A stretch of 64,000 nucleotides of DNA from a virus, in IMG/VR virus record IMGVR_UViG_3300025138_000026, positions 1 to 64,000 of that record. One strand, given 5' to 3'. Positions 58,201 to 64,000 of this stretch are shown here, piece after piece. Numbering within the stretch: the first letter of the stretch is position 1; the number at the start of each line of letters is the position of its first letter. A program made the position numbers and the translations under genes. The notes beneath the pieces are model-generated. The model was not told where the DNA came from. It made no database searches and saw only the letters and a list, made by a program, of their open reading frames with translations.

Positions 58201-60154
58201 TAGCTGATCCAGTAGGATTAACTTGAATTACATCCTCCATTTTTTGAGTAGGCGCAACCTTCGGGGCTGCTCCGAATCTACTACTGGCAGCAGCTCCACT
58301 ATATCCAGCATCTATAGCTTGTTGCCTAGTTGTTATATCTGTCCTATTCTTGAGGGGAGATAAAAACCCTCTGTTATATTTGGGTAGATTTCCTCCAGCA
58401 TACATGGGGATAACAGCAGAATTTCCTCCTGCAAAATTAGGTATCTCTACCTCATTGTCATTCATGACAAATCTACGGCCACCAATAGTCCCCTTACCGA
58501 AATGAGCTTGCACATTATTAGGAGCGCCAAGCATTCTAGCGGTAGCCTCTTCCTCCATAAATCCAGAAGCATAACGCTTGCCCCGCCGACCCTTAAAAGT
58601 CCCAGAAGTAGCACTAAACCCAGTAACACCTTTCGCGGCAGCAGAGGTCGCAATTTGCCTCACCAACTGGGCTTGTCGCTCCAAAAGTTTGTTTTCGCTC
58701 CTTATAGCATTTAAAACTAATTGTTCTTTTTGGGCTTGAGTTATTGTCGAGCTTGTAATTGCATTTCTAAGGCTTTCATCCTTTTGCAGCAAACCGACGA
58801 TCCCCCCTTCAATATTTTTAATCCTCTCTGTCTGGGTTCCAATCGCGAACAAGGATTTTAATCCGTCTCCAGCGAACCTAGCGACTAATTTGAAAATCTT
58901 AATAAAAGCAGCTGTAAAGATGACTACAGCGGGGCCACTCAGGAAACTACCTATGGCTTTAAACAATCCTTTAATAAACGTATTGCCCTTATCTGGATCA
59001 AGAGCCTTATCCAAAAACTCTGTAAACTTATTGGCTAAACCAATTAGGTTTTGTAGAAGAGGCCCAAAAGTAATTGTCCCTATCTTTTCAGAAAGACTGG
59101 TTAAACCCTGAACAAGTACATTTATTTGAGATGATATTGATTTGCTTAACTCTGCGTTCTTTTGAAAAGCTTCATTTGTGGCTTGAGAGGCTGTTCTCGC
59201 TGCACTGGCAAATATAGAAGTATCAGAACCCAAGTCTTTTAAAGCAGCACTAACAACGTTAATTTGGAATACGCCACCTGCGAGTTCTTTGATTTGAGAA
59301 GCCACAGTTGGATCGGAGACATTCTGCAAGGCTACAGATAAAGCGTTGAGTTTTTGAATTCCTGTTTGAGTCGCATCAATTTCAACCCCCAACTCTTTAA
59401 GTTTGTCAATTGTACTTCCCCTAGATATTCTAGTGAAAATAGATTTAAATGCGTTACCAATAACCGCTCCTCCCCTAGCTGTCTTTTGTTCTACAGCTGT
59501 CACAAGCCCCAAGAGCTGATCAAAACTAACTCCAGCATCCTCCGCTGTAGATCCAGCACGACTAAATGCCTCTGCCAAATCCTGAGCAGATACAGCGAAA
59601 GCTGTGTCAACAGCAACCAATTTATTAACGATTTGATTTGCGTTTAATCCAGCAGATGCAAACCCGTTAATCGCAGCAGTGAGGGCTTTAACAGATTTCT
59701 CTGCATCTAATCCAGAGATTCTCGTTAGGACTAAAGACGCTTTTAGTCTTTTAGCGGTCTCTTCTGCGCTTAGACCTTGCCTAGCTAATTCAGCAGCACC
59801 ATCTGCAACGGTCGCAAATGATTGGCCAGTTTCTTTTGCAACCTTAAATATTGAATTCCTAAATTTATTGAATGTCGCGTCAGTAGCTTGAAAAATAGAG
59901 TTTATTTCAATTAATCGTTTTTCTACTTCAATAGTTGAAGAAACTAATTTTTTAAAAGATTGAGTTACTCCGTTTAGAACGGCGGTAGTAGCTCCAAATG
60001 CAAAGACACGAGCCGTGGAAGCATCCAGAGATTTCTGGAACTCCGAGGCTTGTCCCGTGATTCTCCCTAAAGCCTGTTGAACCTGCTTCGTAGAAGAATT
60101 CAGGCTCTGCGGGTTTAGAGAGACATTTAGGGATGCATTTAGACTGGTAGCCAT
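55235..60154 (-). CDS. Tail tape measure protein
   Basis: 1639 aa; TP901-type N-terminal region (ELARQGL, DLAEAFSRAGSTA, GGAVIGNAFKSIF), Gly/Ala hydrophobic stretches, coiled-coil C-terminus. Confidence 0.92.
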   Translation of the reverse strand: MATSLNASLNVSLNPQSLNSSTKQVQQALGRITGQASEFQKSLDASTARVFAFGATTAVLNGVTQSFKKLVSSTIEVEKRLIEINSIFQATDATFNKFRNSIFKVAKETGQSFATVADGAAELARQGLSAEETAKRLKASLVLTRISGLDAEKSVKALTAAINGFASAGLNANQIVNKLVAVDTAFAVSAQDLAEAFSRAGSTAEDAGVSFDQLLGLVTAVEQKTARGGAVIGNAFKSIFTRISRGSTIDKLKELGVEIDATQTGIQKLNALSVALQNVSDPTVASQIKELAGGVFQINVVSAALKDLGSDTSIFASAARTASQATNEAFQKNAELSKSISSQINVLVQGLTSLSEKIGTITFGPLLQNLIGLANKFTEFLDKALDPDKGNTFIKGLFKAIGSFLSGPAVVIFTAAFIKIFKLVARFAGDGLKSLFAIGTQTERIKNIEGGIVGLLQKDESLRNAITSSTITQAQKEQLVLNAIRSENKLLERQAQLVRQIATSAAAKGVTGFSATSGTFKGRRGKRYASGFMEEEATARMLGAPNNVQAHFGKGTIGGRRFVMNDNEVEIPNFAGGNSAVIPMYAGGNLPKYNRGFLSPLKNRTDITTRQQAIDAGYSGAAASSRFGAAPKVAPTQKMEDVIQVNPTGSAMLVPNIGKTSRINKGTRGRFKFKGKNMGFEYGAGLGVYGPKVPETVDGAANPQDERLRKNITRGVTTSAANYAGSLNPILGKPKPSQISKMLQRQGGGKGALRGVVGAAFEAAVNVGLGISPARKVDGGDFDIKGVSGEKRKDVNTMFGVKNQATNLYDYKENAGKNSYSSFAKKLANQGRYTTVKRPKFSKKSFAGGYMPKFAKGTKGAKGAKGDTGGGGETGPTGALMIGLFSLQGILGGVTSSYEQNKNAVDASTSEEIESLKQSKKSYADIKSGIKAIKEEGKARVGAKSAMQSLAEGASIAANALITLSTLNLVTGGGAGAAGKFLLGGGAGLGGAASTGFLGNLGRGGKGQMSQMRDYGKFRKMGLGPQAAMKGSQAGVAAKRLGTVGAIGVGAFQAGSAFFDKDLEQSQKDERYKSAAGSTGGALIGGLIGSVVPVVGTIIGGAIGGYLGGKLGDSEGADQEVKLRKQASSREARESGVLDFDVSTFNEEVKKNLEFVKQSDGFAASVGLENAYSAALAAKTEILERGKRGEEISDKEREIVQHNLNQAAMRLAGTRFLTEKAELKNQENIIKANDAIGVASFKLAKAREALAMGALVGDRIKSEQTQGTLRTQLSESVSGPFAGAVGLASEQNLMFRDINAARNEKAIAQKQFDEANKFGSGISEEDLKGLQDAVTSAGENFDSIVNKSAISFKNKMVALEKGILDIEKQKSKLKEKEVQASENFIQKAVAGNKGGGSLNFLMDSMTNLRAFTKDIQARKSAVERRGGTFEMTREEVRKLAQMQAAVQQGGENAGLTQNFSELIKKLAPELSKIFSGEGAMGAKSRARVYFGDKESREALERAARKGGYKGESVVDDLLAGEGMSEKKAIDELTKTQEDLRRQLEITKENYKRLETDADTAGLAKNINSLLDEMNNAAANVANLNKFSAKITQTVVDTSGLIETNAEFVSTQKALITTLTKELASLKLKVGKLTTETDLE

Positions 60155-60173
60155 ATAGTGTAATTTACACCTA

Positions 60174-61043
60174 TCAGCTTAAAAAGTCCTCTGCTTTAAG
60201 TTCTCCCCCTCTTACTTGAGATTTACGTCTTAGATCATCTAGACCATGAGAAACCTTTGTGTCCTTCTCTTCTTTCTCCTCGTAATTCATCATTCTTACT
60301 GGGTCTCCATAAATTTCCTCGGGTATTCTTGTGTTTTTAATCTTATTTAATAACCCATTGGAGACTACGATTAGATATTTTTGAAAGTTTGTTATATCCT
60401 CAAATGTCTTACCCAAGAGCGTTAAAGGATTCCCATCTTGAGCAGAGAATAAATCAAAAAACCCACCAAAATAAGAGGCTTTTAATATTGATTCTCGATT
60501 ATTGAGTTCCCCATACCTAGAGAACATAGCTGTAGTAAAAACAAGCTCTTGCTCTTGAGTCGGAGATTCTGTAAAATCTAAATCCATAAAAATAGACTGT
60601 TTAAACATCCTCTTAACTCTTTTTACTTCAGATAAGTGCTCCGCACTATAAGAAGTTATATTGGCTCTTTTAACCCTGATTTCTTTGAGTTCGTCTTCTT
60701 GACTATCTATCTGCCTCTTGAATATTTCCTTTTGCTTGGGATCTTCAATCTTACCGAAAGCTGTAAGTGATTTTTTTATAGTCCACTCTAAGGACTTTAT
60801 TTTATCCTCTTTCTGCACTGACCAAGACTTTCTTTTAATAGCGGTCTCAACTAGATCTTTCTCGGTCTTAATACCTGATTTTATAGATCGACTAATATCA
60901 AGCTCTTGTAGGTTATCTAATTCAAGAAGTTCAAGCACAGTAAAGTGCTTGAAATAGCATTGACTATCAGAACTTGTTAAAACACTGTATCCACGAACTA
61001 TGTCTAATAAGTCAATAGAGTATTTATTCTCCTTGTTGTTCAT
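60174..61043 (-). CDS. Putative tail assembly chaperone
   Basis: Helical protein immediately upstream of the tape measure. Confidence 0.55.
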   Translation of the reverse strand: MNNKENKYSIDLLDIVRGYSVLTSSDSQCYFKHFTVLELLELDNLQELDISRSIKSGIKTEKDLVETAIKRKSWSVQKEDKIKSLEWTIKKSLTAFGKIEDPKQKEIFKRQIDSQEDELKEIRVKRANITSYSAEHLSEVKRVKRMFKQSIFMDLDFTESPTQEQELVFTTAMFSRYGELNNRESILKASYFGGFFDLFSAQDGNPLTLLGKTFEDITNFQKYLIVVSNGLLNKIKNTRIPEEIYGDPVRMMNYEEKEEKDTKVSHGLDDLRRKSQVRGGELKAEDFLS

Positions 61044-61836
61044 CTAAAGCTTCTGCTTCAGGTTCAAACAGGTCTTTTAGAGCTTCATCAATTGATTTCT
61101 GATCATTGCCCATTTTATTATACCAAATACTAGCAACCCTAATAAGCTTCTCAAAACACTCGTCGTAAATCTTTTTGGCTCTTAAGAATGTAGCGTCTTC
61201 AATGTCTTCGTCTTCAGCTTCTTGTAGTCTAATCAAGAACATCCGTTTTTGCTCAAATTCGTCTCCTTCAAAAATATCAAACAAATCTTTCTTGTCATTG
61301 ATACTATCTTCAAAATAAGAGAAGTTTAACACCAGCCACTCAATAACTTTTATCTCAGCTTTTGAGTCTGCAGTTTGACTGAATTGAGACCTTAGAGAAG
61401 TTTCATATTCATGTAGTTGAACTCTAGTATGCGTGAACAGTTTTTTAGCTTCTTCTAACTGCTCTTTTTGCTCTTCAGACAAATCTTTTGCACCAGCAAA
61501 AAACTCAATTGTTCTTGAGGATTCCATATTATCAATGATAATCTGGTTCATGGCTTCTTGGGACGTTTTAGAAGTAAGCCCGCCCATGTCTCCAAGTTTC
61601 TTAGACAGCATAGCTTTAGTTAAAAATCCAGCGTTAATATATTCGTTGTATTTCTGCCCGTAGAAGAACTCGGCGTCTTCAAGGTCTAGAATAGATGGCT
61701 TCCGAAAAACAATTCTATTCTTAATGGTGTTTTTTACTTTTTTAGTAGTTTCAACTGGACCATTTTTAGTTTTTTTGACATGAGGAACCTCTTTCTCAAT
61801 GGTTCTCTTTACATCAAACGAGTATAGCTCTTTCAT
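61024..61836 (-). CDS. Putative tail assembly chaperone
   Basis: Helical acidic protein between the tube genes and the tape measure; TTGATT-16-TATAAT (61844-61871) 7 nt before the ATG. Confidence 0.55.
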   Translation of the reverse strand: MKELYSFDVKRTIEKEVPHVKKTKNGPVETTKKVKNTIKNRIVFRKPSILDLEDAEFFYGQKYNEYINAGFLTKAMLSKKLGDMGGLTSKTSQEAMNQIIIDNMESSRTIEFFAGAKDLSEEQKEQLEEAKKLFTHTRVQLHEYETSLRSQFSQTADSKAEIKVIEWLVLNFSYFEDSINDKKDLFDIFEGDEFEQKRMFLIRLQEAEDEDIEDATFLRAKKIYDECFEKLIRVASIWYNKMGNDQKSIDEALKDLFEPEAEALDEQQGE

Positions 61837-61867
61837 GTATATTATTATATAAATATACAGAAAAAAA

Positions 61868-62269
61868 TCAACTTATACAACCTGTGGCCTCTAAAGAAAG
61901 TACCGAGTCCCCATGTTTAGTGAACATAACTAGATTTGACCTTCCATTCAAAACGCTATCTCCCGTCACATCTAATCCATTAGCTATTAAAATATCATCT
62001 TTATAATAAGAAAACGTGGAGTTTAGAAAATCATGATGTATTTCAAGGTCAAAGGGGACTCCGCTTCTATAACCCCCAAAGAAATTACCACTTTGGTCAA
62101 ATATATAACCTTCCGCTCCAGAAAACGTCATTAAGTTAGCTGTTTTAAAACCTCCGTCTATACCTGTCTCCATAATGGAAAACTCAAAACCACTGATAGG
62201 AGAATCAATCGTTACATCTACATTGTAGATACAATTTTTATAATTTGGTAGGTTTCCGCTAGTAATCAT
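61868..62269 (-). CDS. SG/TG-rich small structural protein
   Basis: 133 aa, beta-rich, coupled to the tube paralog. Confidence 0.6.
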   Translation of the reverse strand: MITSGNLPNYKNCIYNVDVTIDSPISGFEFSIMETGIDGGFKTANLMTFSGAEGYIFDQSGNFFGGYRSGVPFDLEIHHDFLNSTFSYYKDDILIANGLDVTGDSVLNGRSNLVMFTKHGDSVLSLEATGCIS

Positions 62270-63111
62270 TTTATTATTGGGAAATAGTAAGAGAAACTTA
62301 CAGAAGTATTATCGTCTAGAGAAGTCGATTCCTCAACAGATTCTAAACAACAGCCACTTGTAGTAAAATCTAAAATAGATTCATTGTCTCTACCTTTTAA
62401 GTCGATAGTAATCACCCCGCTTTCGCAAACTAGACTGGAAATATTAATTCCAGTAACATCTGTCTTTAAAACATTAAAATTAAGACTCCCCTGAGCTGGC
62501 ATCTGAGGATATCTGTATTGAGGGACTCTAGTACCCAACCTAGTTACAGGAGTCTTTTGAAGAGAAACTGATATAGAAAAATCTTGTATATTTAAGCCAG
62601 TAGTATCTATTCCTTCGTCGCCGTTAGAAGATGTGTAGATCTCGATATCTTCAGGTCTAAAGAACCCGTCAAATATATCGTTAGATTCACTTGTTAAAGC
62701 TCCAGCGTTAGTAAAAATAGCTCCATCTCCCTCGTAAGAAGAAGATCCCTTAACAATATCCCCCACAGATCCATTAATAGAATAAGATGTTAAAGCTGCT
62801 CCAGAAATAGTGGTCACACCAACAGAGTCCTTTGCTTTAAATTCAAAAAAACCAGTAGATAAAAAACCTGACTTCATATTTTGGTAGCTGTAAATAGGGT
62901 CAATCCCAGTAGCTCCAGTTGTTAAATTAACGTCATAGGTTAATGTGGTAGATTGGTTGGAGGTTAATATTCTGTCTACAGAGTGGGAAGCTCCTAATCT
63001 TTGGATATCAACAACACTCTTAGGAGATGAAATAGATAGCGAGGTTACAGAAGGAATCCGCTGATCATCTACAAAAAGCTGAACATCACTAGAATGAATC
63101 CTATCTGGCAT
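62266..63111 (-). CDS. Tail tube-like protein (paralog of the major tail protein)
   Basis: IQDFSISVSLQKTPVTRLG and SLDDN mirror VQSASIEVPLSRTPIEALG and GLDDN of the upstream gene. Confidence 0.65.
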   Translation of the reverse strand: MPDRIHSSDVQLFVDDQRIPSVTSLSISSPKSVVDIQRLGASHSVDRILTSNQSTTLTYDVNLTTGATGIDPIYSYQNMKSGFLSTGFFEFKAKDSVGVTTISGAALTSYSINGSVGDIVKGSSSYEGDGAIFTNAGALTSESNDIFDGFFRPEDIEIYTSSNGDEGIDTTGLNIQDFSISVSLQKTPVTRLGTRVPQYRYPQMPAQGSLNFNVLKTDVTGINISSLVCESGVITIDLKGRDNESILDFTTSGCCLESVEESTSLDDNTSVSFSYYFPIIK

Positions 63112-63125
63112 ATAGTAGTTTACAC

Positions 63126-63156
63126 AAAAAAGCCCCGCATTCCTGCGAGGCTTTTT
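63126..63156 (-). terminator. Rho-independent terminator after the major tail gene
   Basis: AGCCTCGCA-GGAA-TGCGGGGCT-TTTTT with a GNRA loop. Confidence 0.88.
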
Positions 63157-63174
63157 CTAGATATAATAGTTATA

Positions 63175-64000
63175 TTAAGACCCAGCTCCGTCTTCCGAGG
63201 AATAAGGTGATATGGTATTGTTCTTTTTATACATGAATCCTTCTCCAAATTTTTGAGAAGCAGTAGTGCTATATACATCAGGTTGATTTGCATTAATTCC
63301 AGAGTAAAAGAATCCTTGATCAGTTTGGTTTACTCCTCCAACCTGAGTGGAGAATGTCAATTCAATTGATTCATTATCATCTAAGCCTTGAGAGAATCCC
63401 TGTGAATCCATCACAGCCTTCTGCATAGTGTATTGATGTTTAGTTTTCCCGTCACTTCCCTTTACGGTAAGAGAGATATTTGTCGTCTCATTTCCAGCGT
63501 TTCCAGTCAAGATCTTATCTATTTGACCTGATTGAATATTTTTGAGCAGCGCACTCACAGACATGGTGACGTTGATTGGGAAATCCAAGGGCTTAGCAAC
63601 AGCCTTGGCTGATCCTAGGGCTTCAATAGGAGTCCTAGAAAGAGGGACTTCAATAGAAGCACTCTGAACATGCATATCTCCGAGATCAGTTCCTCCAAAA
63701 GAAAATTCTTCTGTGGAAAAAGCTAGAGTTACATCTTCTGGGCGTAGAACAAGAACATCCATATTACCTGTACTAGGAGTACCAAGCATAAATTGACCCG
63801 TATCTGCGCGGCCACCAGCTCTATTCAAAGATGGGTTATAAAGGCCAGAACTTGTTGTATCAAATGTAATGTTTTCTGCAGTTCCATCAATATCTACCCT
63901 TGGGATCTCTCCAACAGCAAAGTTAACAGAATAACTCTCAAAGTTACAGTTCCCGAGAGAAACAACATCATGACCAGCTCTTTCCGCTGTAGAGAATCTC
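63175..64000 (-). CDS. Major tail tube protein (N-terminus beyond the right edge)
   Basis: Frame is open to the window end (RFSTAERAGHDVVSLGNCNFESYSVNFAVGEIP...); followed by a strong terminator; tube-like beta pattern; upstream of chaperones and tape measure. Confidence 0.7.
   Translation of the reverse strand, partial: RFSTAERAGHDVVSLGNCNFESYSVNFAVGEIPRVDIDGTAENITFDTTSSGLYNPSLNRAGGRADTGQFMLGTPSTGNMDVLVLRPEDVTLAFSTEEFSFGGTDLGDMHVQSASIEVPLSRTPIEALGSAKAVAKPLDFPINVTMSVSALLKNIQSGQIDKILTGNAGNETTNISLTVKGSDGKTKHQYTMQKAVMDSQGFSQGLDDNESIELTFSTQVGGVNQTDQGFFYSGINANQPDVYSTTASQKFGEGFMYKKNNTISPYSSEDGAGS

Noticed and set aside
61024-61043. Programmed -1 frameshift between the two tail chaperone genes (lambda G/GT type)
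   Set aside because: The downstream frame is +1, has its own ATG directly preceded by an in-frame TAG, and the 20-nt overlap has no XXXYYYZ slippery site.
1-64000. Stop-codon reassignment
   Set aside because: Conserved genes are intact in code 11, and TAA, TAG and TGA all terminate tightly packed genes.
1-64000. tRNA, tmRNA or rRNA genes
   Set aside because: The few intergenic gaps show no cloverleaf or T-loop (GTTCRA) context by eye; a tRNAscan-SE/ARAGORN run would confirm.

Overview
This 64 kb AT-rich window is part of a large tailed dsDNA bacteriophage genome read with the standard genetic code. No rRNA, tRNA, CRISPR array, integrase or IS element was seen. Left to right it holds: a giant (>1,890 aa) repeat-built tail fibre running off the left edge and missed by the ORF track; a modular basic head/internal-protein-like polyprotein; an ADP-heptose biosynthesis cluster; lysis genes; a divergent three-gene envelope cassette including a PEP-CTERM-like protein; a Clp ATPase; a replication operon (split DnaE, exonuclease, primase, DnaB, RecA, nucleases); a Gmd/ColD plus five-glycosyltransferase operon; class Ia RNR; a phage sigma factor, Hsp20, SSB-like and SSAP-like genes with more glycosyltransferases; and a tail module (tail tube, paralog, two chaperones, tape measure, tip/baseplate proteins). 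The strongest candidate novel system is a phage-encoded virion glycosylation machine: about nine glycosyltransferase genes plus heptose and 3,6-dideoxyhexose pathways, together with a strong, protein-selective enrichment of Thr-Gly/Ser-Gly dipeptides in structural proteins that looks like an O-glycosylation sequon. Other highlights are a GTGTA phage promoter class giving leaderless or near-leaderless mRNAs, a nuclease-like domain embedded in the tape measure, and putative small|small protease sites dividing the head polyprotein. The host is inferred to be a PEP-CTERM/exosortase-using Gram-negative (Verrucomicrobiota/PVC plausible, unproven). All family assignments come from motif recognition by eye, not database searches.
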